Shown here: positions 42,491 to 54,485 of the stretch, piece by piece
Layout: each line of letters opens with the position of its first letter
Position numbering within the stretch: the first letter of the stretch is position 1
Assembly: GCA_002269645.1 (NCBI GenBank)
Contig: NIVC01002230.1
Location: 89,285-153,284 of the forward strand
Direction: 5' to 3'
DNA: 64,000 nt
Source: Macrostomum lignano
Taxonomy: Eukaryota
The notes under the pieces: model-generated
Seen by the model: only the letters and a program-made list of their open reading frames with translations
What the model was told of the DNA's origin: nothing
Database searches by the model: none
Translations under genes and position numbers: made by a program

Positions 42491-44233
42491 ATATTCAAAT
42501 GAAATTCTAAGAAATAGTTAAGGAGTGAAAATAGAAGTGTAATTAGGATAGACTTTAATTGGCATATAGGAACAACACCTGTACAACTTTGGTGGCAGCT
42601 CATAGGATATTTAATAAACACTAACATCAATAGTTAGGAGTTTAGAAAGACAGAGCCAAAAGCCCTGTCACAGCTGGTGAAAATTAGTGGGATTATTCAT
42701 AATGACAGAGGAATAACCCCTGTCACACGCTATCTGTCTAAAGTTAATAAATAGCCACTTATACAATTTTATTTTGTATTTCATTACCAATTTGTCATTA
42801 AATTTGGCAATTAAGGAAAGAAATTCCCCATTTTAGTGCACAAAACTTTTGTAGGAGAAACAATGAAGTTACAATAAAATTGCAGGCTAAATTATAATAA
42901 TTAAGATTAAAGAAATTCGTGGGCTATATAGAAAGTCTGTATGCTAGGCTAGATCTAGCTCACAAGCTGAAAGTTGCTAGAACTTAAGCAAAAAGTTCTT
43001 ATAAAATAAACAGTAAATAAAATGGCTTTTATTTGTTTGGTTTTAATGATAGCCTTAATATTAAGAAAATAATATTTAGCCCTAAATTATAACTGTCTAT
43101 TATAGGCCTATAGAGTTCTACTATAACCAAATTTTTCCTATATCTATATCTATACATGATAGGCCTATCTTGAAGTTTTTCCTATAACCTAGCCAGGCCC
43201 TATCCATATCTATCTATAGCTAATAAACTTTCTATAACTATTATACAATGCTAAGACCTAGAGCCTAATAGATGCCTTGGAGAGACAACTGGATCTTGTA
43301 TATATAGCCATGTTGCATTCAAAATAATTATATCTAATATAATAGCTTTCTAACCTGTTGCTTAGATGATAACTTTGACTAGTTAGCTATATCTATTATC
43401 CAGTTAGAGGCCTACTGCCCTGATTTATTATACAAAGTGCTTCAGTTCAAGCTGTAAGGATTACACAAACAAGGCCAAGGGCAAATAGCAAGATACCTTG
43501 ATTAGCTTTTGACTGAATGCTAGTGCTTAGACCAAAATAGAGGGTGTGACTTTAGGTCTATGGCCCAGAGACACATTTAGTCTTTTCTTTCTTTTCTAGC
43601 CACTCTAGGGCTGGTGGGAGAAGTATTTTGTTATTGTTATTGGTAACTCTCTTTCTCTGTCTCTCTTTTCCTCTGTTATCTCTCCTTTCTTCTCTTTTTT
43701 CCCTTTTCTTCTCTTTCCCTTCTTTCCTTCTCTCTGCCCTCACAACTTTTCCTTTTTTGGCAATCTTCTAGTTTTGCACATAGGCTAACACTAGACACAG
43801 GCTGCATGTAGCTCTCTCTTCTCATTCTCTCCTCTCTCCCTTTTCTCCCCTCTCTCCTGACATATCTGTTCTCATTGTTGAAGTAACTAAAGTAACAAAA
43901 TCTCCTATTCTTACCAAGATCTTCTGTGAGGGCAATGGCTAATCAGTTAGTTTCCAAGAAGCTTCCTTTGCAATCTAGCCTTCTTTGATAGTGGCAAATG
44001 CTTTCCCATTTACTCGTAGTTTCATTCATCTTAACTTAAGCCCCTACCATCCCAACCACAACATGCATGTGGTGTCAAAAATTAGTTTGAGTCCCTGACC
44101 CTTAGGACTTAAGAGCTCCCTTTGTATTGAAAATGAAAACCTTAACTCTAACCCCCTGTTGCCTCACTTACTACTGACAGTGTAAGTAGACAGTAGCAAA
44201 TTTATAACAATAAAACTTGATGCCTCAGCAGCC

Positions 44234-45385
44234 ATGACGCGCTACGCCAGGGGCGGCCAGGCCAACAAGAAAAAGCCAAACGAGGCCAGCAGCTGGGCTC
44301 AGATGAAAGCCGATTTGCTCACAGCCAAGTCCAAGTCTAAATCTTCTCCAGCTGCTGCAGGCGGACGGGTGATCACCCGATTGAAAAATGGTCACTACGT
44401 GGTCCGCATCGGCTCGTACGAGCGCGTACTCCGCTCCGAGGCCGAGCTGCGCCAGTGGAAACGGGCCGGGTCTGAGCGGCGCCGGCAGCAGCGGAAACGG
44501 CACCGGGAGGCGGACAGAGTCTGCTTTCACTGCCGGCAGCCGGGCCACCTGGTCAGCGACTGTCCCGAAGTGAGCGGCGCCGCCAGTGCCAGCGGCGCGG
44601 CTGCGTAAGTGCCAAGGCTGGACTGTCTATGGCAGGCACTGATCCCTGCGGTTTCTGCGTATCTCAGGCCCGAACATTCACAAGAGTTGCCTTTGAATTT
44701 CCCGTTTGCATTAAATACCCAAGGCATTAGAATCCACTATTAGTATCCAAGCCATTAGATTCCCCTATTAGTACCCAAGGCATTAGAATCCCCTATTAGT
44801 ATCCAAGCCATTGGAATTGCCTATTAGTATCCAAGCCATTAGATTCCCCTATTAGTATCCAAGCCATTAGAATCCCCTATTAGTATCCAAGCCATTAGAA
44901 TCACTGCAGACCAACAGAAAGCAACTCTGACCGCCGTTCTCTTTAGCATTTGCTTTCGCTGCGGCTCCAGCGAACACGCGCTCTCTGCCTGTCCGAAGAT
45001 GCCCCGGCCGGGCAGCAGTTCGGACACGTCGGCCGGCCAGCAGCAGCAGCCGGACCTGCCGTTCGCGAGCTGCTTCGTGTGCGGCCGCAGCGGCCACCTG
45101 TCCCGGTCGTGCCCCGACAATCCTCGCGGCCTCTACCCCAAGGGCGGCGGCTGCCTGCTGTGCTCCAGCGTCGAGCACTTCAAGCGCGACTGCCCGCTGA
45201 TGCAGCGCCGTCGAGCGGCGGAGGTGTCGGCCGCCGAAGTCGCCCTGCCGTTGTCGTCCGGTGGAGGCGGCGCCGATGACGAGGTTCCTCTGTTGCCATC
45301 GATTCTGGAGACCCGCCCGGATGGCGACGGGGCTGCAAATCAGCCGAAGGCCAAGAAGAAGAAGGTCAAGGTTGTCGTGCTCTAG
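44234..45385 (+). CDS. ZCCHC9: Zinc knuckle protein ZCCHC9-like (4 CCHC), 2 exons
   Basis: Exons 44234-44604 and 44947-45385 (phase 2). N-terminal MTRYAR...ASSWAQMK; knuckles CFHCRQPGHLVSDC, CFRCGSSEHALSAC, CFVCGRSGHLSRSCPDNPRGLYPKGGGC and CLLCSSVEHFKRDC; ends KVVVL. Confidence 0.9.
44715..44900. repeat. Intronic minisatellite, 28-bp unit (CCATTAGATTCCCCTATTAGTATCCAAG)
   Basis: Array in the ZCCHC9 intron. Confidence 0.9.
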
Positions 45386-45411
45386 CGGCATCTGCTCATT
45401 TATGTGAAGAT

Positions 45412-45622
45412 TTGGGATTCTGATCCCATTGAGATTGGGATTCTGATCCCATTGAGATTGGGATTCTAATCCCATTGAGATTGAAATTCTGATCCCATTG
45501 AGATTGAAATTCTAATCCCATTGAGATTGAAATTCTGATCCCATTGAGATTGTTATTCTAATCCCATTGAGATTGTTATTCTGATCCCATTGCGATTGGG
45601 ATTCTGATTCCATTGAGATTGC
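45412..45622. repeat. Minisatellite, 23-bp quasi-palindromic unit (GATTGGGATTCTGATCCCATTGA)
   Basis: Starts about 25 nt after the ZCCHC9 stop codon. Confidence 0.9.
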
Positions 45623-46230
45623 AGGTGACAGTGCTGAGATATGGATTGAGAGTAAATCAGTACCCAAGTAATTCGGGTTAGCTGGTCAGTAGTCTGTTAC
45701 GGTTACTAATTCTAATTTATAATTGTAAACCTGTAATCGTTTTGCCTTCATCAAAGGGCAGACAAATACAATATTTTTTAATCCTCTATCTCTGCATTTC
45801 TAATGCGCTCATTTGACTTAATTATCTCATTTCATTTTTGTTGCTTCAATAAACTGATAGGCTTTAAATATCAATTATCTATAAGTTTTCCAGTGCGAAG
45901 AAAATTTACAGTATGGTCGATAGTCTTTAGTTAGACTAAATAATCTCCTGTATGACCAAATCTCCAGTATGACCAAATCTCCGGTATGACCAAGTCTCCA
46001 GTACGACCTATCTCAAGTACATTCGTATTGACAAAGTCTTATGTATGACTGAATCTCCGATCACCGATGTCACCGATTCTGTGCTACGACCCAGTCTGCT
46101 CTATGACCCAGTCTGCAGTATGACTAAGTCTTCACTATGACCCAGTCACCCAGCCTGTGCTATGGTGTTAGCAATTTCTTCCTGAAGGCACAGTGCGGGC
46201 TTTCACCTTCATGCCGCTGCAGCCATCGGC

Positions 46231-46923
46231 ATGAGCAGAGGCGGCGGACGGGGCGGCGGGCGCGGAGGGCGCGGCGGCGGCAGCTTCATAGTCCAGTCCT
46301 ACAAAAACCTGATGCGCTCTGATGGCCACATGCCGCTTGGCGGAGTCAGAGTTGGCGACGACGAGCAGACGCTGTACCCGCCGTTGCCAAGGCGACCGGC
46401 GCCGCCGACAGTGGTCAAGGACCTGAAGTTCATGGTGGCGGCTATGCGAGACCTGGAGGACCGCTTCAGCGCCGGCGCCAGTCTGCCCGCGGTGCCGAAC
46501 TCGGCGAACTTTCCGGCCGAGCTCGACTGGCTCCGCCGAAAGCGTCGGCGTCAACAGCAGCAGCAGCAGTCATCGGCGACAACCGTGGCCAAGAATGCCG
46601 CCGCTGCCGGAGCCAAGCGGCGCCGTCAGGATGTCGTAGAGGCGGCGGCTTCAGCGCTGCTCGATGAAGTCGTTGGCGGCCAGTTGGAGACGTCGGCTGA
46701 GGCGGCGAAGGAGGCGGCAACGTCGGCAACGATTGTCGCTGGCGGCGGCGAAGGAGGCGACGGCGAGGAGCGGGACGACGATGAAAACGAGGAGGCTGGG
46801 GTCTTCGAGAACGATGAGGAGCTGGAGGACAATGACTACGTGGATGCCTACTTTGACAACGGCGAGGGCTACGGGCCTGACGACGGCGAGGAGGACCTGG
46901 ATGGGGAGTCCTGGTACTACTGA
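46231..46923 (+). CDS. RPC7: RNA polymerase III subunit RPC7 (Rpc31/POLR3G family)
   Basis: RGG-rich N-terminus, LYPPLPRRP, FPAEL, and acidic tail DEELEDNDYVDAYFDNGEGY ending in Tyr. Confidence 0.88.
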   Translation: MSRGGGRGGGRGGRGGGSFIVQSYKNLMRSDGHMPLGGVRVGDDEQTLYPPLPRRPAPPTVVKDLKFMVAAMRDLEDRFSAGASLPAVPNSANFPAELDWLRRKRRRQQQQQQSSATTVAKNAAAAGAKRRRQDVVEAAASALLDEVVGGQLETSAEAAKEAATSATIVAGGGEGGDGEERDDDENEEAGVFENDEELEDNDYVDAYFDNGEGYGPDDGEEDLDGESWYY

Positions 46924-48006
46924 CCGGTGTTACCTGGTACTACTGACCGGTGTTACCTGGTACTACTGACCGGTGTTACCTGGTACTACTGACCGGTGTT
47001 ACCTGGTACTACTGACCGGTGTTACCTGGTACTACTGACCGGTGTTACCTGGTACTACTGACCGGTGTTACCTGGTACTACTGACCGGTGCTACCTGGTA
47101 CTACTGACCGGTGCTACCTGGTACTACTGACCGGTGCTACCTGGTACTACTGACCGGTGTTACCTGGTACTACTGACCGGTGCTACCTGGTACTACTGAC
47201 CGGTGTTACCTGGTACTACTGACCGGTGCTACCTGGTACTACTGACCGGTGTTACCTGGTACTACTGACCGGTGCTACCTGGTACTACTGACCGGTGTTA
47301 CCTGGTACTACTGACCGGTGCTACCTGGTACTACTGACCGGTGTTACCTGGTACTACTGACCGGTGTTACCTGGTACTACTGACCGGTGTTACCTGGTAC
47401 TACTGACCGGTGCTACCTGGTACTACTGACCGGTGTTACCTGGTACTACTGACCGGTGCTACCTGGTACTACTGACCGGTGCTACCTGGTACTGCTGACC
47501 GGTGTTACCTGGTACTACTGACCGGTGCTACCTGGTACTACTGACCGGTGTTACCTGGTACTACTGACCGGTGTTACCTGGTACTACTGACCGGTGCTAC
47601 CTGGTACTACTGACCGGTGTTACCTGGTACTACTGACCGGTGCTACCTGGTACTACTGACCGGTGTTACCTGGTACTACTGACCGGTGTTACCTGGTACT
47701 ACTGACCGGTGTTACCTGGTACTACTGACCGGTGCTACCTGGTACTACTGACCGGTGCTACCTGGTACTACTGACCGGTGTTACCTGGTACTACTGACCG
47801 GTGTTACCTGGTACTACTGACCGGTGCTACCTGGTACTACTGACCGGTGTTACCTGGTACTACTGACCGGTGCTACCTGGTACTACTGACCGGTGTTACC
47901 TGGTACTACTGACCGGTGCTACCTGGTACTACTGACCGGTGTTACCTGGTACTACTGACCGGTGTTACCTGGTACTACTGACCGGTGCTACCTGGTACTG
48001 CTGACC
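46910..48006. repeat. Minisatellite, 23-bp unit (CCTGGTACTACTGACCGGTGYTA), about 47 copies, overlapping the RPC7 stop codon
   Basis: Highly homogeneous array whose first unit is the end of the RPC7 CDS. Confidence 0.97.
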
Positions 48007-48419
48007 CTTCAGGTATTTTTGTGAAAGTTCGCACCGAGTATGCCTTGTTACTTTAGCCGTGACCATTTGATAATTTCTTGTCAGTTCGTCTGTTCTGAGG
48101 GTTCACAGGCCAAATTTGTCAACCCATTTTGTGCTTGCTGCATACAAGTCTTCTCCTGCTAATTGCATTTTTCTGTTGTTAAAATCAGCGCGTCATGGAC
48201 AGATTTGACGCGTGTGTTGCTTGTTCTGTTCAGAAAAAAAAATTGTCATTCAATGAAGCCGCAAATTGTGAGTACTGTCGGACACTTCACTAATTACGAG
48301 TATATTCGATGTGTTTGAATTTTTTGACCGAAGAATGACTTATTGTGGCTTTATCCTGACCGAAAATCAGATTGGAAAGTTAAATAAGCTTTATTTATTG
48401 TATCGAGATGCATTATGTA

Positions 48420-48629
48420 TAGTGTCAGTCTGTTGAATAGTGTTAGGATATGTTGAATAATGTCAGGATATGTTGAATAATGTCAGAAAATGTTGCATAT
48501 ACGCTCGTTGCATCATTCTGTGTTGAGTATAGTGTCATGAGATGTTCAGCATAGTGTCAGATGTTAAATATAGTGTCAGGAGATGTTCAATATAGTTTCA
48601 GGTGTTTATTATAGTGTCGGGGTATTTTC
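48420..48629. repeat. Degenerate ~20-22-bp array (ATAGTGTCAGGAGATGTTCAAT), left half; resumes at 54752-54870
   Basis: The same unit occurs on both sides of the LTR element inserted at the TTTTC TSD. Confidence 0.8.
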
Positions 48630-48848
48630 TGTCGCGTCGTTTAACTAAGAGTTCAACTGAGTAGCACGATGATTTGGTAAAATAAACGATATCTCAGTTT
48701 CGATATATTATTCATAAACGATGCTAACACAAAACGATGCTCAATATATAATTATTAACGCACTGGGGTGGCGGGGCGCACGGGACACGAAGCCGGGGTG
48801 GTGGGTACACTGGATGTACAGTCAATATTTTAATAGTTAATCAGCTAG

Positions 48849-51800
48849 TCACTTAGTCATAAGTACAGCGGCAGAACCCAGCACTGCCTCATCCCCCCCC
48901 CCTTCGAAACGGATAGGGGGCACGCCTCGAGTTGACCGAGCTGGGTAGCGGAGTGCTGCTGTTTGACTTGGGCCTTGTTCGGATTCGGTGGGCGGGTCCC
49001 GACTGAGTTCGCCGAGCGGGTCCTGACCGAGTTCGCCAGGCGGGTCCTCACCGAGGCCGCAGGGCGGATCCTGACCGAGTTCGATAGGTAGGCTCTGGCC
49101 TAATCGGTTTGGCTGGACCTGGTCTTCTACAACGCGGCTCAGCTGATCCGCATGCGCCAGGGCGATGCGACCGCCTTGACGAGCGATTAGGGCAGTGTTG
49201 GTCCCTTTCTGCACGACGAACTCAGCTCGCTCCTGACGCTGCTGATCTCCAGGCGTGTACCACAGGCTCGCTCCAATTGGTGTGCGCATGGTTATCGGGT
49301 TGCGTAGTTGTCGGCCCATGAGCTGCGACGGGCTCTGCTGGCGCCCAGCATGCGGAACACACCTGCAGTTTAGCAGTACCCTGGACAGGAACGACTCGTA
49401 GCTTTCGGACATGTCCCACGCCGCAGATGCTCTCTTGATAGACTGGACCATCCGCTCGGCCAAGCCGTTAGACTCAGGGTGTCGCGGGGGAGTCTTGATG
49501 GCGCGGCAGCCGATAATTCTTTCCAGCCAGGCGATCAGATTGGCGTCGTGGAACTCGGCGGCGTTGTCGCTGACCAGCACATGAGGCACGCCGTTCCTAG
49601 CAAAGACCGCCTGCAACACCCGCTTGACTGCCGCCGCGTCCCTGTTTTGCACTCGTACGGCCTCGGGCCAGCCGGACATAGCGTCAACTAGAATGAGCAG
49701 GAGTCCGACCCTCGGCACGCACGCATGATCCATGTGGACTCTGTGCCACGGCTTTTCCTCGTCGGGCCACCTGTGGACACTCTCCAGACCACTCGGGCGC
49801 AGTCTTGAGCAGGTCGAGCAACCTCGAACGTAGGCCCCCAAGCAACAGGTACGCGCGTATTACGCGCATATTTGGAGCGTAATGTCATACACAGCGCGTA
49901 AAACACGCGTATTACGCGCGTTATTATACGCTAGTATATTTAGTGCGTTTTAGACGCGATACTTTGCTCAAAGCAAATAAAAAATGGTTAATTATTCAAA
50001 TATCCAGTAAAGCTAACAGCGTGCACCATGCGTGTGAACAACGCATGTGTAACGCGTTCGCATGCTTTTATTTAGTATGTTAGTATTTTATTTAATTCTT
50101 TGTTTCCTATCGTTACAGTAGAACCATTCTTTTCAATAGTTATAGCATACTCAGTATGTGTTTCGTGTTAACATTAGTTGGACTTAAGCCAACTGCATGT
50201 AATCTGGAGCATGCAACACTTGTTTTATGGATTACTTTGCTTTATATGACTTATATCATAGTTAATTATAGCTAGATAGCGATATATTAAAATATAGCTA
50301 TTTGATACATTTTATCATGCATTAATTTGGCTTCTTTTATTACTTTGAAATATATTACATGTATATATTGGATTTTTATGTTTCAAACTTAAATGGCCTC
50401 AAAGGCTTTTAAAAAAGATTGCTTTATTGTTGTTTCCTTTTTAAATTTATATTCACTTATTTAACTAGAGTTGCATGTAGTTGCTTTTTGTTTGAAAATA
50501 ATTGTTAATCCAAATCATTTTACTTTTCACTTTCACTTTTCACTTTCACTTTTTTCTTTTTAACTCGGTCAGAATTGTGTGTATATTTTCGTGTGCTTTA
50601 GCGGTTTTTTCTTTTATGCTAATAACCACTACTCACTACTCATCACTACTCGTTAATTTAAGTTGCTCTTTCATTACACTCTTATGTATCTATTTGTTCT
50701 TAAATTATTTTTTAAAAATAAAAATTTGCAGTTCATTTATCAGAACTCCGTTTTCGGCAACGTCCCTACGGGCTGGCATTTTGATGCACATAAACTGACC
50801 AATATTTGTATTGATTTTTCCTATACTTTATTTACTAAAAGCCACTTCAGCCTTGGATTGGCTCAGCTAACGTTCCTTCTGGGTTATTCGATGTAATTAA
50901 AGCCTTATGACAATTAAGTACGCTTGCATGAATATACGAATCCGCGGAACCTATATATACATGTATGATTAGTCCTGTTCCTGTACCAGTCTGCAGTTAG
51001 CATTGCGTTATTACAGCGTATTTTCTGTGTTACAAAAGGCGCGCATTTTGTGTGTTCGCTTACGCGCGTAAAACGCGAACGAAAATGCGCGTTTTATGCG
51101 CGTAATACGCGCGTACCTGTTGCTTGGGCCTCGACGTCGTTGCAATAGCCAGGCCACCAGGCTGAGTTCTGTAGGCGAGCGTTGAGCCAGATCCCTGATG
51201 CGTGTCGTGCACGATTCCAAGAACGCTTTGTCGGAGGACAGCCGGGATGACTGGGCGATCACCGTAGCAGAGAACTCCGCCGTCGGTCGTGAGGGCGTGT
51301 CGGATGGCCTTGAAAGGTCGTTCAGCTGGCGAGCAGTTTGACCATCTGTTGATAGCAACGCATTTAATAATATCAACCAGCAACCGGTCCCTTTGGGTCT
51401 CTGATTTCAGCTCCTGCCACGGAATCACAGCCTCGCCAGTCCAGTGAATGATGCTTTCCGGCCGCTCTGTCAGCTCGTTGCTGCTGTCACCTTCGAAATC
51501 CAGCCGTGAAAGTGCATCTACTTGCGGAATCGATTCGCCTTTAGTGTAGATTATGTCATGGTCAAAGGCCATCAGTTTGATTGCCCATCGGAGAAGTCTC
51601 GCATTGGCAACCTTCGGCAACTGGCGCCTCGACCCGAAGATGAATTCCAGCGGGCGATGATCCGTTCTGAGTGTGAAGCGCGACCCTAATAGGAACTGTT
51701 TCGCACGCTCCATAGCCCAGACGATCGCCAGCGCCTCTCTCTCGATGTTTGAATACCGTGCTTCTGCACTGCTCAGTCTCCGGCTGAAGTACATGATCGG

Positions 51801-53170
51801 GTGGTTTCCCTGCGAGAGGATCGCTCCGATGGCTTTCTCGCTAGCATCGGTAGTGAGCGTGGTCTCTTTGTGCTTGTCATACGGCTTGATTACAGGCTCG
51901 CTGCAGAGCAGATCCTTGATTCGCGTGAAGGCAGCTTCCTGGGTTGGGCCCCAGACGAACTCAACGTTTCGGCCCCGGAGTTGATTGAGCGGTTCTATGA
52001 CGTCAGAGTAGTTCTTAATAAACCTCCCGAAGAAGTTGGAAAGTCCTAGAAACGATTAGAGCTGCTTTCTGTCCTTCGGCGAGTTCACGGAGCGAATTTT
52101 TCCGACCAGATTGGGGTCCGGGGTGATCCCGCTCGCGCTGATGCTGTAGCCGAGGAATCTGACCTCCGTTGCCATTCCAGCAGCTCGCATCGTCTGGAGA
52201 ACGTGCTGCACTTTGCTCCTTAATTCGGCGTTGGATTTCGCTCCCAGGAGGACGTCATCCTGGTAGACAATCTTGTTGCTGACATCCTGTAGGATTGTTT
52301 CCAAGGCTTTCTGGAAAATGGCCGATGCAGATTTCAGCCCGGGAACCAGCCTTTTGTAGCGGAAGAGACCCAAAGGTGTCGCGATTGTCGTCACCTCTCG
52401 GCTATCTTCATCGAGCTCGATTTGCAGATAAGCATCAGAGAGATCCAGTTTAGCAAAGTGCGACATGCCTGCTATCTCAGAAAAAATCGTCTCCATCTCC
52501 GGGATCGGGTAGGTGTCATTGCATATCTGGTGATTGACACCAGCTTTAAAATCGGCACAGACACGAACCTTTCCATTTGGTTTGAGCACGTTGACAATAG
52601 GCGATGCCCACTGGCTGCCTCCGGGAGGGACCGCCTCAATGATACCCTCGGATTCCATTCTCTGCAGCTCGCGCACCACCAAGTCTCTGAGGTGTAGCGG
52701 CACAGATCGGGCAGCACAATAGAACGCTTTGGCTCCTTCCACCAGTCTAATCTTAGCTTTGAACCCTTTGAGGCACCCGAGCTGCTGGACCGCGTTGATG
52801 GTGACCGCGTCTTCTTGGAGCTTGATGTTGTCCATGCCAAGCATGCTTCTTCCATGCTTCTGCTCCGCGGCGGTGACAACCAAGTCAATCGTGACGAATT
52901 TCGAGTTGGTCTCGAGTGACGCATTGAATTCCCCGAGGCAGGCGATGCTGGAGCCGTCGAACTGCCAGAGAATTCTCCTTCACTTGCGCAGGGTGGGCTG
53001 GCCCAGCTGGCGCCAGAGGTTCTGCGGAATCAAGCTGACCTCAGCTCCGGTGTCGACTTGCATTGAGATGCCCTGGCCGTTGATTTTGATGGTCTTGAAA
53101 AGGCCCACTTTAGCTCTGTTGGGACTGAGAGTATACACGTCTGCTTCTTCTGCATCGAGTGCGATTTCCT
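48849..53170 (-). pseudogene. pol: Pol of the Mag-like element (PR, RT, RH, IN), frameshifted and interrupted
   Basis: ORF pieces 52980..53570, 52056..52883, 51060..51794 and 48849..49841 carry successive pol motifs. Confidence 0.88.
49837..51128. mobile_element. Non-autonomous DNA transposon with CCC termini and a 2-bp TSD (EnSpm/CMC-like)
   Basis: TIR CCCAAGCAACAGGTACGCGCGTATTACGCGCATA; CC duplicated; AT-rich core. Excision restores integrase ...CNDVEAYVRGCSTC. Confidence 0.88.
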
Positions 53171-53375
53171 GATGGACAGCTCGCGATCTGCAGACAGCCG
53201 CAAAGTGATTTCTTTTTTGGCACTTGAAGCATTTTTTGCCGTAGGCTGGGCAGTTGCCTCTCGGGTGATTGGCACCACAGAACCCGCATTTGATTGACGG
53301 CTGCGGCTTGGCAGGTGAGGAGACTCCCCTCTGTTGACCGGCGAAGGCGATGTCAGCAGGAGCCGGCGTGTTGTA

Positions 53376-53975
53376 GGGGTCCATGAGATTTGCCCGCCGA
53401 GAATTGCCCGCCGAGATTTGCCCGCAGTGCAATTTGCCCGCGAGTGAATTGCCCGCGAGCGAGTTGCCCGCCGAGTTTTTTCCCGCCGAGGTTTGCCCGC
53501 AATGATTCAATGATTTTTTCCAGCAGCGCATTTGGCGACGCGGCAGATTTTGTCTGCATTGCCTTCCCATGCTTAGTACGTGTTAATCTCAATAAAGAGA
53601 TTTACACGATCAAAACGTTTTGATAGTAACTGCATATCAAATGCATATTTTGGGGGTAGCAATGTATAGACAGAATCTAGCTGCCAAATGCGCTGCAAAA
53701 AAGGATCGCGGGCAAACCTCGGCGGGAAAAAACTCGGCGGGCAATTCGCTCGCGGGCAATTCACTCGCGGGAAAATTGCATTGCGGGCAAACCTCGGCGG
53801 GCAATTCTCGGCGGGCAAATCTCCACGGGCAATTCGCTCACGGGCAAAATGCACTGCGGGCAAATCTCCGCGGAAAAGCTCGGCGGGCAAATCTCCACGG
53901 GCAAATCTCCACGGGCAAATCTCCTGCGGGCAAATCTCGGCGGGCAATTCGTCTGCGGGCATTTCTCGTGCTCCC
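53376..53975. mobile_element. Foldback-type non-autonomous DNA transposon inserted in gag
   Basis: 8-bp TSD GTGTTGTA (53368-53375 and 53976-53983); GGG termini; inverted arms of GCGGGCAAAT subrepeats. Excision restores gag ...IRDYNTPAPADIAF. Confidence 0.9.
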
Positions 53976-54443
53976 GTGTTGTAGTCACGGATCTGCTCAA
54001 GCTGCTGCAAATTCTGCAAAATCCTGTCGAGTGGCGTTTCTCCATCTTCGTTTTGTAGGCGCTCCAAGTTTCTTTTTTTGTGCTCTGAGGAGTTGAGGCC
54101 GTCAATTAATCGCATGGTAATCATGTCGTCCTCCTTTGTCTGCTTGCTGCCCAGCTTTTCAAACTCGCAGTGTGACGTAGCAGCCCTCAGCCTCCGGTAG
54201 TAGGCTATGACGGTCTCACCCGATTCCTGCTTCAGGCTGAGGAATCTGGTGCGTTCGGCAATTACAAGTGATTTTTTCGGCCGGATCGTCTCGTCAACGA
54301 GCTTTTTGATGTCATCGAATTTCATCTCATCAAGTTTTTTTGGTGCTGCCATTAGAGATAGCGTGCGAATTGCCTGAAGGCCGGCCTTAGATAAGAATAG
54401 GTCAGTTTTGTCCCGAGCCTCATCCGAGTCTGTTAGCTTTTTG

Positions 54444-54485
54444 ATGGGTTTCCCCGCGCAGGTTCGGATCCTGCTTGCGACGACA
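54444..54485 (+). other. 3' half of a tRNA-Ser copied at the primer-binding site
   Basis: ATGGGTTTCCCCGCGCAGGTTCGGATCCTGCTTGCGACG-ACA resembles the variable arm, T arm and acceptor strand of eukaryotic tRNA-Ser, and lies adjacent to the LTR edge. Confidence 0.75.

Noticed and set aside
54444-54485. Functional tRNA gene
   Set aside because: Only the 3' half is present, with no D arm, A-box or anticodon.
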